Origin: Thermomicrobiales bacterium
GTDB lineage: Bacteria > Chloroflexota > Chloroflexia > Thermomicrobiales > JALYUS01
Assembly (NCBI GenBank): GCA_038231255.1
Contig: JBBRLR010000010.1
Coordinates: 8,989 to 72,988 of the forward strand
Direction of reading: 5' to 3'
Length of the DNA stretch: 64,000 nt
The first letter of the stretch is position 1. The number at the start of each line of letters is the position of its first letter. The translations under genes and the position numbers were made by a program. Positions 11,466 to 20,382 of the stretch are shown here, one piece after another. The notes beneath the pieces were generated by a model. The model saw nothing but the letters and a program-made list of their open reading frames with translations. It was not told where the DNA came from and did no database searches.

Positions 11466-11936
11466 ATGGCAAATCACTGGATACTTGTCGGATCACCGGG
11501 CAATTTCGAGAAGAGCCGCGATCTCGGCTGGACGGTGCAGGGCATCAAATCCCGCCACCGCAAGAAGGCCGAGCAGATGCACGCGGGCGATACCTTTATC
11601 TATTACCTGACGGGCGTGCAGGCATTCGGCGGCATCGTGGAAGTGATGTCCGACTACTGGGAGGATCACCACACGCCGATCTGGAAGAGCAAGGACCCGA
11701 AAAAGGCGACCGAGGATTACCCCTTCCGCATCTCGATCGCGCCCGTGCTAATCCTCGATCAAGCAGACTGGCTGCCCGCGATTACGGTCGTCCCGGCGAT
11801 GGACTATCCGAAGCGATGGCCCATAGAACACTGGCACCTCGCCTTTCAGGGGAATGTTCACAAGATTTCCGACGCCGACCACGCGATCATCGCGGACGCA
11901 CTCGCGGCGCGCGTGCCCTCCGGTATCGGGCGCTAG
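11466..11936 (+). CDS. EVE (PUA-like) domain protein
   Basis: MANHWILVGSPGNFEKS..GDTFIYYLTG..FGGIVEV..PFRISIAPVL resembles EVE/ASCH-type PUA-like folds. I prefer the ATG at 11466 over the 11424 start, which overlaps relE. Confidence 0.65.
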   Translation: MANHWILVGSPGNFEKSRDLGWTVQGIKSRHRKKAEQMHAGDTFIYYLTGVQAFGGIVEVMSDYWEDHHTPIWKSKDPKKATEDYPFRISIAPVLILDQADWLPAITVVPAMDYPKRWPIEHWHLAFQGNVHKISDADHAIIADALAARVPSGIGR

Positions 11937-11993
11937 TCGCGAACGAGAGGGATAACGGGGAACGCATCGAACGCGACTGCCCCGTCTTGATAT

Positions 11994-12362
11994 ATGACAG
12001 CTGACACCGAGTATCTTATCCACCTGTGTTTCGGATCGAACTGCACGCTGGCCGGGTCGCGGCGGCTTCTCCATGTGCTGGAGGAGGAAGTCGCCGCGCT
12101 CGGTATCGGCGACCGCGTGACGATTGTCCCGACGACATGCCGTAACCGGTGCGACTGGGCGCCCTCGATGAATGTGATGCCCGGCAACGTCTACTACAAC
12201 GACCTCGATGCCGACGCGATGCGCCGCATCGTTCGCGAGCATCTCGTAACGGGCACAGTCGTTGCGGACTACCTCTTTCGCCCGCCGCCCCCGCCCGTCC
12301 CGACGCACGGACGCCGCGTCTTCACCTTCGATCCGAACGCCTTTCGCCCGAAGGATGAGTAA
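11994..12362 (+). CDS. thioredoxin-like [2Fe-2S] ferredoxin
   Basis: 122 aa with a CFGSNC....CRNRC cysteine pattern (C-x4-C ... C-x3-C) and NuoE/ferredoxin-like spacing. Confidence 0.65.
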   Translation: MTADTEYLIHLCFGSNCTLAGSRRLLHVLEEEVAALGIGDRVTIVPTTCRNRCDWAPSMNVMPGNVYYNDLDADAMRRIVREHLVTGTVVADYLFRPPPPPVPTHGRRVFTFDPNAFRPKDE

Positions 12363-12366
12363 GGAC

Positions 12367-12412
12367 GTTCGAGGTTCGTAGAACCGGAATCTCCGAACCC
12401 CGACCCCCGAAC
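12367..12412. repeat. heptad-built hairpin (GTTCGNG units) between convergent genes
   Basis: gttcgag-gttcgta ... ccgaacc-ccgaccc-ccgaac. Imperfect palindrome lying between the stops at 12362 and 12417. Confidence 0.5.
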
Positions 12413-12416
12413 TTCC

Positions 12417-13109
12417 CTACCCCTTCGCCCGCCCAAGCATCGAGTTCAATTCGACCATGGACTTCTCGCCGGTCTGCACATCGCGGATAACACCGCCCTT
12501 ATCCACGGCCATGATCGTCGGGTAGGAGGCGATGCCGTACGCGGCCGCGGCTTTGCCGCCGTCCTGATAGGTCGGGAAGGGGAGATCGTGCTTCTGCTGA
12601 AAGTCGTAGATGTCGCTCACCGTTTCGCGGTCGCCGACGCCGACCATCACGACTTGCACGTCCGGGTTCTTCGCGGCGAGGTCCTTGATCAGCGGCGCCT
12701 CATTGTTGCAATGCGGGCACCACGAGGCGAAGAAGACCATCATCGTCGGCTTGCCGAGGGTCTGCGCCTTGGTCAGCGTCGAGCCGTCTTTCGCCACAAC
12801 ATTGAAATCGGGGGCGGTGGCCCCGGCGACGGGAGATGCAACGGGCGGCGGGCGGACAATCGTCGAGCGGTCCTGGTTCCCTCGTGTCGCCAGGACGATG
12901 CCGACCACGACGACGACGGCGGCGATCAGCAAGCCACCCGAGATAATCAACGTCCACGGCGTGTTCTTGATCGGCTTGGTGACCGAGCCGCGCCGCGCCT
13001 GGGGAATTTGCTTGCGTGTCGTGCGCTGCTCACCGTCCTTCGCGGCGGGGGCAGGGGGTTTGGTTGCATTCGCCCGTGTGTTTGCCTGAGAATATGATTG
13101 CTTCGCCAT
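12417..13109 (-). CDS. TlpA/ResA-type thiol-disulfide oxidoreductase, membrane anchored
   Basis: Thioredoxin motif FFASWCPHCNNEAP and one TM helix (WTLIISGGLLIAAVVVVVGIVL). The ATG at 13109 is preceded by GGAAGGGAACCTCC. Confidence 0.8.
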   Translation of the reverse strand: MAKQSYSQANTRANATKPPAPAAKDGEQRTTRKQIPQARRGSVTKPIKNTPWTLIISGGLLIAAVVVVVGIVLATRGNQDRSTIVRPPPVASPVAGATAPDFNVVAKDGSTLTKAQTLGKPTMMVFFASWCPHCNNEAPLIKDLAAKNPDVQVVMVGVGDRETVSDIYDFQQKHDLPFPTYQDGGKAAAAYGIASYPTIMAVDKGGVIRDVQTGEKSMVELNSMLGRAKG

Positions 13110-13168
13110 TGCGGAGGTTCCCTTCCTTGTGTTGTTCGTCGCACCATGATGATTATAGGATACAAACG

Positions 13169-13633
13169 ATGGATCGCGCGCGTATTGCAACTTTTCCTTT
13201 CCTCGCCCTCCTGCTCCGCGTCGCGGTCGGCCTGACGCTCATCGTCGCCGGGGCGGGCAAACTGACGGACGCCACCGCCGCGCAACGCGCGACCGAGGCG
13301 ACGCTGCACGTCGGCGGCACGACTGCACAAGTCTTGACAATCGGCGTGTCGGTGTTGGAAATCCTGCTCGGCATCCACCTCGTCGCCGGCCTGAACCTGC
13401 GCTGGTCCGCCCTCGCCTCGGTGGCGCTGCTCGGCGTCTTCCTCCTCTTCGTCATCTATTTGTGGGCGACAGGCTACACGGGTGGCTGCGGCTGCTTCGG
13501 TGTCTTCGGCGGCGGCTCCCCCGGCCCGGCGGAAACGACGCGCGACGCGATCCTCTTCGTCGCCGCTGTCGGCGCATGGCTCGGCCGCGACCTCGGCCCC
13601 TCACTCGACCACCTGATGCACTCCGAAGCGTGA
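13169..13633 (+). CDS. MauE/DoxX family redox-associated membrane protein
   Basis: 154 aa from ATG 13169. Four TM helices and a GGCGCFG motif. Divergent from the TlpA-like gene, which is a common pairing. Confidence 0.6.
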   Translation: MDRARIATFPFLALLLRVAVGLTLIVAGAGKLTDATAAQRATEATLHVGGTTAQVLTIGVSVLEILLGIHLVAGLNLRWSALASVALLGVFLLFVIYLWATGYTGGCGCFGVFGGGSPGPAETTRDAILFVAAVGAWLGRDLGPSLDHLMHSEA

Positions 13634-13685
13634 TCGCACCTGATGATCGCCGCGCGATCTGTCCGCCATCGCATGTATTGAGCGA

Positions 13686-14177
13686 TTACACGAGTTCGAG
13701 GCGAAGCTGACCAAGCCGTTCGACCGTTCGCAGCCCTGCCGCCGCGACGACGTGTTCCGGCAGCGGAAGCCGCTCCAAATACCCGGCGATAATATTCTTG
13801 TCGTCATCACGAAAGATGAGGAGATCAGGGCGTTTCAGTTGACCGAGGCCTGCCGCCTCCAACCGCTCGAAGTAGAGTTCGAACGCACGCACATCCTCAT
13901 CTGGTGCGGTTCCGCTCGGACCATAGGGAAAAGCGACGTAGCGGCCCGTCTCATTGATTGCTTCGGTAAGCCGCTCCTCGCTCCATACCCCCTGCGACCA
14001 CCGCATGAGAAAGTCGCTTCCGCGCAAACGACGTGGATTCAGCAGATATTCTGCCCACGGCACTGAATTGTGTCCGCGCAATTCGAACTCAATATCTACG
14101 GCGCTAACGCTCAGGATTTCTTCAAACGGATGCATGAGATCCGCCATCACCCGTTGGTACGCCATGCAAATCAACAC
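13686..14177 (-). CDS. hypothetical protein, possibly a 3'-truncated PD-(D/E)xK-type nuclease remnant
   Basis: 163 aa. KRPDLLIF resembles the PD element of PD-(D/E)xK nucleases, but no downstream (D/E)xK appears before the stop. G+C looks lower. Confidence 0.35.
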   Translation of the reverse strand: MLICMAYQRVMADLMHPFEEILSVSAVDIEFELRGHNSVPWAEYLLNPRRLRGSDFLMRWSQGVWSEERLTEAINETGRYVAFPYGPSGTAPDEDVRAFELYFERLEAAGLGQLKRPDLLIFRDDDKNIIAGYLERLPLPEHVVAAAGLRTVERLGQLRLELV

Positions 14178-14274
14178 CCTTCATGAAGCTCGGAACATTC
14201 TCAATGTCATGGTGGACGATACACTGAACGTACACTCAGCACAATGGGTAAAATGCGGCGAATGGAGCGCAGTA

Positions 14275-14943
14275 TTACGCGCGCGGGGTGCCGCAGACGG
14301 GGCAGGTACGGTCCTGGGAGCGCAGTTCGGTGCCGCAGCGGCGGCACTGCGGGGACTCAGCGACCTGCTCGGCGACGGCGCGACCGCAGACGGGGCACGC
14401 GGTGTCGTTCGCCCGCAGCGGCATCCGGCAGTGGGAGCAGCGCCGCTCCACCGGTTTTGTTGTCGGCCTGCTCACGTCGTTGGACGATGTGCCGGGCGCG
14501 ATGCGGGTAGGCCCCGCGTCGCGCGAGGACCGACCGGTGGGGGCGATCACCGTCGCGGAATCCTCGCTGCCCGACGAGGCGGGGATGGGCGGCAGGCCGG
14601 GAGGGCGATGCGCGGCAGGAGGCACAGACACGGACGGTTGGCTAATGGGCATTGACACCGCCGGGAGCGCACGCAGGTTCGCCTCCAACTGCACTACCTG
14701 CTGTTCGTGGTCGTACAAACGCCGACAGGTGGCGACAACAATCGGATCGCGTAGTTGGCCCTGGAGAACGAGGCTGAACAGGTACTCGCCGATCTCCGCC
14801 GCAATCTGCGGGCGCTGCTCCCGCAATGCATGGAGCGCCGCCTCGAGTTGCATGCGCTGGCTCTCGCCCCCTTGCATTGATGGCGAAGGATAGGGGGACC
14901 ACGGATAATTAGAATCTGAACCGGAACCGGGCGTCCCAGCCAT
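14275..14943 (-). CDS. double zinc-ribbon protein with a Pro/Ser-rich linker
   Basis: The C-terminus has CSHCRMPL..CPVCG and CRRCGTEL..CPVCG (two CxxC...CxxC ribbons). ATG at 14943. Confidence 0.55.
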   Translation of the reverse strand: MAGTPGSGSDSNYPWSPYPSPSMQGGESQRMQLEAALHALREQRPQIAAEIGEYLFSLVLQGQLRDPIVVATCRRLYDHEQQVVQLEANLRALPAVSMPISQPSVSVPPAAHRPPGLPPIPASSGSEDSATVIAPTGRSSRDAGPTRIAPGTSSNDVSRPTTKPVERRCSHCRMPLRANDTACPVCGRAVAEQVAESPQCRRCGTELRSQDRTCPVCGTPRA

Positions 14944-15087
14944 GCACATCCTCCTGTGTCGGTCCCACAACTGCCCTGTGGCAGCGCACGTTTGCCGCCG
15001 AATGGCGATAGTATAGCAGGGAAATCAGTCGCGATACCGATGACGGGAGGGAGCGGATTTGCCGAACGAGGAACGGACAACGGAGCG

Positions 15088-15750
15088 ATGAGCGACCTCG
15101 ACGCGCTGCTCGGCGAATCGCTCGCCCCGGCGCGCATCTCCTACGATGCCGCCGGGCGCGACTGGGAGACGTGGCTCGCCGATCACCCGTTGCCGACCAA
15201 CGCCGCCCTCGATGCTCGCCTGTCCGATCCCGCCGCCCGCGCGGGGTTCGTCGCCGTTTGCCGGGCGCGTGGGCTTTTCCATCTGCCCACCGTCGAGTTT
15301 GTCGCCGCCCTCGTGCGTCTCCTCTTGCGATTGCCGGGACCGTGGCTGGAAGTCGGCGCGGGGCAAGGCGATCTCGCCCGCGACCTCCGCACAGTCGGCG
15401 TGCCGATCACGGCGACGGACGACGGCGCGTGGTGGCCCGATCCGCTGCCCGCCGATGTCGAACAGTGCGCGGTCGAAGTGGCGCTGGCGCGGTACCGACC
15501 ACGCACTGTGCTCTGCGTCTGGCCGCCGCGCGGCACGGACTGGCCTGCCCTGTTCCGCGCCGCGTCGTCCGTGCGCGCCTACCTGCTGATCGGCGACGGC
15601 CCGCGCGGCATGACGGGCAATGCCGCGTCGTGGGCTGGCGCACCGGCTTGGCGGTGTCACGCGCTCCCGCGTCTCGCCACGCTCGGTCGCTGCCGTTTGG
15701 ATACCGATGGCGCACTCCACACGAACGCGCTCCTTGTCTGCCGTGCTTAA
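15088..15750 (+). CDS. hypothetical protein with a SAM-methyltransferase-like motif I
   Basis: LEVGAGQGDLARDL resembles class I methyltransferase motif I. The start is placed at ATG 15088. The rest of the protein is unrecognised. Confidence 0.45.
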   Translation: MSDLDALLGESLAPARISYDAAGRDWETWLADHPLPTNAALDARLSDPAARAGFVAVCRARGLFHLPTVEFVAALVRLLLRLPGPWLEVGAGQGDLARDLRTVGVPITATDDGAWWPDPLPADVEQCAVEVALARYRPRTVLCVWPPRGTDWPALFRAASSVRAYLLIGDGPRGMTGNAASWAGAPAWRCHALPRLATLGRCRLDTDGALHTNALLVCRA

Positions 15751-15882
15751 CTATTGGCGCCATTACCGCCTTACATCACGACACGGCGTGGGTTGACGGC
15801 CGCGACATTCGTCGGCATTATTCCGCCACATCCACCGCGTTGCGGATAGCCGGGCGATACGCAGGACTGGAGGCTCATCGGT

Positions 15883-16596
15883 ATGGCACAGCGGCTCCGC
15901 AACAGCGAAATCGCGATCTTCTGCGCGTTCGTCCTGTTCGGCATCGCGTGGTTGCCGCTGCTAGGGATGCGCGATCCGCTCCCCCTCTGGGAAAGCGCCG
16001 TGCAGCCCCACCCGGAGATTCGGGCGGCATTCGTCGTCGCCCAAATCGCGGGTGTCGTCGCCTTCCTCGCTGTCGCGGCGGGAGGAGTGCCCGTGCTCAC
16101 CCTGCTCGCCGTACGCGCGGTTCGTGGCCGTCGCCGGGATGTGTTGCTCCCCCTCACCGTCCCCTTCTTCGCGGCGGCGATCCTCGCTGGCTATAGCCTG
16201 CTCGCATCGTCGGCATGGACAGAGCGACAAACAGCCGCGCCTGATGCACCGCTGACGCTTCTCGCAGTCGCGCTCCAACTCGGGCTTGTCGCCATCGTCG
16301 GGCTGGCGATTGTCGGGAGTGCCCTCGCACTTGCGGTCGCCGTCGCACGGAGCGAGCCGGACGGGCGGATGGCGCGCTACGCGCTCGTCCCCGCCGCCGT
16401 GGCAACGCTCGCGATGGTGTGCGGCTTGCTCGCGACGCTCGTGCTTTGCGCCCTCACGCGGCTGGAAACGTCGCCATTGCGCTCATCCGGGGACCCGCCG
16501 GTGATCCTCGCGATGGGCGGCGCGGCGTTGCTCGCAACCTGCGCGCTCCGCCGTGGATTGCAAACACGGTCTGGACAGGGCACGCTCACAGACTGA
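15883..16596 (+). CDS. hypothetical integral membrane protein
   Basis: 237 aa with about 6 hydrophobic helices and no recognisable motif. Confidence 0.5.
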   Translation: MAQRLRNSEIAIFCAFVLFGIAWLPLLGMRDPLPLWESAVQPHPEIRAAFVVAQIAGVVAFLAVAAGGVPVLTLLAVRAVRGRRRDVLLPLTVPFFAAAILAGYSLLASSAWTERQTAAPDAPLTLLAVALQLGLVAIVGLAIVGSALALAVAVARSEPDGRMARYALVPAAVATLAMVCGLLATLVLCALTRLETSPLRSSGDPPVILAMGGAALLATCALRRGLQTRSGQGTLTD

Positions 16597-17371
16597 TGGT
16601 GGGGATCGTCCGCTCTGACGGCGCCGGCCTGGTCATGGCGGTCATCGAGCCGAAGACGACGCCGAGCGCCGCACCGATCACCGCGCCGCCGATTATCGCG
16701 CCCGCGACATTCGCCGCCGACGATGCCGTGACGAGCAGCATGACGAGCAACGTGCCGCCACCGCCGAGCAGCGCGCCGAGCAGGATACCCCAGCCCGCCC
16801 CCGCCTCCGCCTGGCGCAGCGTCGCTTCCGTCGCCGGATCGCCCATGCCGATCCGGTCAATACTCCCATCGAGAGAGAACATCGCACCGAGCGTCGCGCC
16901 GTAGACGAGATGCAGGATCGTGTTGCCAATCACCGGCAGCGGCCCCGCGCCGATCTTAATACCGAAGATGCCGCCGCCGACGAGCGGCAGGAAGACGACG
17001 AGCGAGAGCACGGCGGGCGGCAGCGCGAACAGGATGCCGCGCAGCCAGCCGGGGAACGCGATCAAACGGTCGTTCGCGTCCAGAGCAAAGAGCAACGCCC
17101 AGACGATCCCGGCAGCCAGATTCAGCCCGACGACCGCGAGCAGCGACGAGCGCGCGTGCTCCGTCACCGGGTTGTGCGTCAGGGCATAGAGCCATTGCTG
17201 GAAGAGATTGCCGCTCGCCGTGCCGATGCCGAGGGCGAAGCCGTAGCCGATCAAGGCGGTGATCGCCATTGCCGTCGTCGCGACGAAACCGGAGATGACG
17301 GCAGGGCCGAATCGCTCCTTCATGGCAGCGCGCGGCACGGCGGGGAATGAGACGGGAGAAGACGTAACCAT
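16586..17371 (-). CDS. hypothetical integral membrane protein (Gly/Ala-rich helices)
   Basis: 261 aa with multiple TM helices. Convergent with the previous gene and overlapping it by 11 nt. Confidence 0.5.
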   Translation of the reverse strand: MVTSSPVSFPAVPRAAMKERFGPAVISGFVATTAMAITALIGYGFALGIGTASGNLFQQWLYALTHNPVTEHARSSLLAVVGLNLAAGIVWALLFALDANDRLIAFPGWLRGILFALPPAVLSLVVFLPLVGGGIFGIKIGAGPLPVIGNTILHLVYGATLGAMFSLDGSIDRIGMGDPATEATLRQAEAGAGWGILLGALLGGGGTLLVMLLVTASSAANVAGAIIGGAVIGAALGVVFGSMTAMTRPAPSERTIPTISL

Positions 17372-17494
17372 CGGACACCCCCATACAAAGACGGCGGGGG
17401 CGAACTGGCGACGCTGCCAACCCTTGCTTCGGTGCGCCCGTGGTCCCTTCAGTGTGCCACAACGCGTGCCAGCGCGCCACAGTTGGCCCGAAAT

Positions 17495-18721
17495 CTACGG
17501 GAACCCGCGCAAACTCGAAGCCGGAGAGGGCTGGAGGAATCGGCGGATGACGGGCGTCATCTGGGCGAATTCCTTGAGAAAGGCGTCATGGCCGTCGGGC
17601 GAAACGAGTTCCCAGTAGTGGGCGGGCGCGCCGAGCGCGCGCAACTCCTCCGCGACGGCGCGAACATGGCCGGGCGGGAAAAGGATGTCCGAGCTGATGC
17701 CGACCAGCAGCGTCGGCATCGTCAGGCGGCGCAGCGCGTCGGTGTACGAGGCCAAGCCATTGCCGAGATCGAACAAGTCCATCGCGCGCGTCAGATACAG
17801 GTACGCGTTCGCGTCGAAGCGGCGCACGATGCCATCCCCCTGATAATGGAGGTAGCCCTCGATGTCGAACTTGCCCGCGAACGGCGCGTGCCGCGATGGC
17901 CGGGTCGCCGCCCTGCGTCCGAAGCGCGCCGTCATCCCTTCGTCGCACTGGTAGGTAATCATGCCGACCATCCGGGCAATCGCGAAGCCGTCGCGCGGTG
18001 GGTCGGCAGGGTCGTAGTCGCCGCCACGCCACTTCGGATCCGCCATGATCGCGCGGCGGCCGACCTCGTTGTAGGCGATCCCCTGCGCGTGGAAGCGTCC
18101 CGACGCGCCGAGGGCGACAATCGCCCCGGCGCGCTCCGGGTAGGTCACGCCCCACTGGAGCGCCTGCATCCCGCCGAGCGAGCCACCGACAACGGCATGG
18201 AGTTCTTCGATCCCGAATCCGTCCAAAAGCGCCGCCTGCGCCCGCACCATATCGCGCATGGTGACAGCGGGGAAGCTCGTGCGGTAGGGTTGACCGGTGG
18301 CGGGATTCACGCTCAGCGGGCCGGTGCTGCCGTAGCAGCCGCCGAGGATATTCGGGCAGATGACAAAAAAGCGGTTCGTATCAATCGCCCGACCGGGGCC
18401 GATCAGGTCGCCCCACCACGGTTCGGGCGCGGGGGATTCAGTGTCGGCATGCGGTCCAGCATGCGGTCCACCCGTCAGCGCGTGGAGGACGAGGATCGCA
18501 TTGTTACGCGCGGGCGCGAGCGTGCCCCACGTCTCGTAGGAAATCGTCACTGCATCGAGGCGGCCGCCACTATCCAGTGAGAAGGGCAGTTGATGGTTCG
18601 GCACGGAATAAAAGCGGGTATGCGCGAGGTCCATCCCCTCCGCCCTGTATGGGGGGAAGCGGTCGTCGTGCGCGAGGGGTGCACAGACAGGCTCCGCGCT
18701 CGTTGCCGCGACAGTATGCAT
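17495..18721 (-). CDS. metX: homoserine O-acetyltransferase
   Basis: Alpha/beta hydrolase with NAILVLHALTG and the nucleophile elbow GGSLGGMQALQW, at MetX-like length. I prefer the ATG at 18721 (MHTVAATS..) over the ORF-track start at 18811. Confidence 0.9.
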   Translation of the reverse strand: MHTVAATSAEPVCAPLAHDDRFPPYRAEGMDLAHTRFYSVPNHQLPFSLDSGGRLDAVTISYETWGTLAPARNNAILVLHALTGGPHAGPHADTESPAPEPWWGDLIGPGRAIDTNRFFVICPNILGGCYGSTGPLSVNPATGQPYRTSFPAVTMRDMVRAQAALLDGFGIEELHAVVGGSLGGMQALQWGVTYPERAGAIVALGASGRFHAQGIAYNEVGRRAIMADPKWRGGDYDPADPPRDGFAIARMVGMITYQCDEGMTARFGRRAATRPSRHAPFAGKFDIEGYLHYQGDGIVRRFDANAYLYLTRAMDLFDLGNGLASYTDALRRLTMPTLLVGISSDILFPPGHVRAVAEELRALGAPAHYWELVSPDGHDAFLKEFAQMTPVIRRFLQPSPASSLRGFP

Positions 18722-18927
18722 CCGAAACCTCCGAACCAGGGGGCCACCGCCCGAAAAACGAAAACGCCAATCCTCACCCCACGGGGCAAGCGATTGACGC
18801 GCAACGCTCACGGTACCACCCTGTTCGCCGTGGCCTCGCGACCACAGCCTCGACGGGTACGGCGTGCCAGAGATGCACGCCCGACCCTCGCCCGGTATCG
18901 GGGGCGAACCGACGCGGCCTACGTGGG

Positions 18928-19008
18928 GAAGTTCGCAGTTCGGAGTTTGAGGTTCGAAGATTGCGGGATTCCCCTACATCGAACTGCGAACTGCGAACAT
19001 CGAACTTC
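18928..19008. repeat. heptad-built hairpin (GTTCGCA units) inside the metX leader
   Basis: Left arm gaa-gttcgca-gttcgga-gtttgag-gttcgaa, right arm catcgaa-ctgcgaa-ctgcgaa-catcgaa-cttc. The arms are complementary and 7-nt periodic. Confidence 0.6.
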
Positions 19009-19184
19009 ATTCAGCCGGTAGCTCGGCGGGCATATCCAGCGGGGGTCCTGCTCCTCGGGCTTCCACCATGCCCCGATTCGCTGCGAGCGTTTCCCCTGCG
19101 GACTCATCCGCGTCCACGCCATGCGGGGCCGGATATGATCCTCGCCGTCACGCTTCACTGCGACGGCGGCTCACTCCGGCATCC

Positions 19185-19297
19185 CTCGTATCTCGCCCCG
19201 ACGGGGCAGGAGTTGGCACCTTAGCCACGCGCATTGCCTGCGCCGCCGGTTGCCGGGCTTCAACGGGCCGATTACCCTCCACCACTCTGGATACGAG
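19185..19297 (-). promoter_or_regulatory. SAM-I (S-box) riboswitch
   Basis: The minus strand reads CUCGUAUCCAGAGUGGUGGAGGGUAAUCGGCCCGUUGAAGCCCGGCAACCGG...CUAAGGUGCCAACUCCUGCCCCGUCGGGGCGAGAUACGAG. This holds the conserved SAM-I blocks AUC-AGAG-GG-GGAGGG, GGCCCG-UGAAGCCCGGCAACC, GGUGCCAA-UCC and GAGAUA, closed by P1 CUCGUAUC/GAUACGAG. It lies upstream of metX. Confidence 0.9.
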
Positions 19298-19319
19298 CCG
19301 CATTCAATTGTCAGTATAA

Positions 19320-19349
19320 AGCATAGCAGCGGAAACCCTCTCGCGTCAA
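19320..19349 (-). promoter_or_regulatory. putative sigma-70-type promoter for the riboswitch-metX transcript
   Basis: The minus strand has TTGACG (19349-19344), an 18-nt spacer and TATGCT (19325-19320), about 20 nt upstream of the riboswitch P1. Confidence 0.3.
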
Positions 19350-19637
19350 GCAATCGCCGATATTCATCGCGAGGCCGACCATATCCAAAATCATTACCCA
19401 ATCATCATGCCGCAATTACGTATTTTGGCATCGGGATGGGCTACAGTGACTGCGGTAGGGTACACATAACGCGATGGCGCTACTCCCGCTATCGCGCCAG
19501 ACCTCCTGAACAACCCTTCCACTCCTCTTCCCTCGCGCTGGTGGGGCACTCCCGGCCTCACCAGCGCATTTTTCCGTCTTTTCGTGCTATCGTGTTGCCG
19601 CTACCGACGACACGCACCGCGCAAAGGATGAAGCAAC

Positions 19638-20381
19638 ATGGTCATCGAGAGCCGTTCCGACCTCAACGGTCTGCGCCGCGCGAACCGCGCCACGGCCCGC
19701 CTGCTCAAACATCTCGCCCAGATGGCGAAGCCCGGCGTGACGACGCGCACCCTGGACGGTTTCGCGCGGGCATACATCGCGGACCTCGGTGCGGTCCCCG
19801 TCTTCCACACTGAAGAAGGCTTCCCCGGCGCAATCAATACGTCCGTCAATGACGCCGCGCTGCACGGCGTACCGAACGATGACGCATTACGCGAAGGCGA
19901 CGTATTGAGCATTGATGCGGGGATGCAGCTCGATGGCTACTGCGGCGACGCGACGACCACCGTCGCCATCGGCGCGGTCAGCCCGGAGCGGCAGCGGCTG
20001 ATCGAGGCGGCGCGCGGAACGATGCAGGCCGGGATCGCTGCCGCTGTCACCGGCAACCGCGTCGGGGACGTCGGCGCCGCGATGCAGCAGTACGCGGAGT
20101 CGCGCGGGTTCGGCGTTTTCCGCGATTTCACCGGGCACGGCGTCGGCCATGTGATGCATGAAGCGCCCGCGATCCCGTTTGTCGGCAAGGCGGGCACCGG
20201 CCTGCTCCTCGCCGAAGGACAGGTCATCACCATCGAGCCGGTGATCACCGAGCGGTCGTCGCGCTACCGGATTGACCCAGACGGCTGGACGGTGCGCACG
20301 ACGGACGGCGGCTATGCCGCACAGTTCGAGCATACCGTGATCGTTACGCGCCGGGGCGCACAAATCCTCAGTCAGGTCTGA
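19638..20381 (+). CDS. map: type I methionyl aminopeptidase
   Basis: 247 aa with metal-ligand context DGYCGD, GHGVGHVMHE and QFEHTV, typical of MAP type I. Confidence 0.9.
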   Translation: MVIESRSDLNGLRRANRATARLLKHLAQMAKPGVTTRTLDGFARAYIADLGAVPVFHTEEGFPGAINTSVNDAALHGVPNDDALREGDVLSIDAGMQLDGYCGDATTTVAIGAVSPERQRLIEAARGTMQAGIAAAVTGNRVGDVGAAMQQYAESRGFGVFRDFTGHGVGHVMHEAPAIPFVGKAGTGLLLAEGQVITIEPVITERSSRYRIDPDGWTVRTTDGGYAAQFEHTVIVTRRGAQILSQV

Positions 20382-20382
20382 T

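Noticed and set aside
18722-18811. N-terminal extensions offered by the ORF track for metX. The same applies to 24032-24160 (BFN), 25788-25883 (response regulator), 57129-57227 (nfi), 40246-40375 (permease), 29135-29326 (PAP2-like), 48039-48101 (methyltransferase) and 13110-13190 (TlpA-like).
   Set aside because: The extensions are non-homologous and Arg/Pro-rich, or they run through repeats or the upstream gene. Internal ATG, GTG or TTG codons with ribosome-binding sites give proteins that begin where the conserved domains begin.
18722-18900. Possible second riboswitch (SAM-IV or a tandem SAM-I) directly upstream of metX
   Set aside because: It contains GC-rich stems and GGUGGUACC, but lacks the GGAGGG / GCAACC / GGUGCC blocks in order. 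It is treated as part of the expression platform or leader.
19020-19330. A plus-strand structured RNA (tmRNA, because of CTCCACCA at ~19276-19283, RNase P RNA or a cobalamin riboswitch) was considered
   Set aside because: No tRNA-like T arm precedes the CCA-like end. No GGAAAGUCC or B12-box motifs are present. The conserved blocks turned out to be the antisense of a canonical SAM-I riboswitch on the minus strand.
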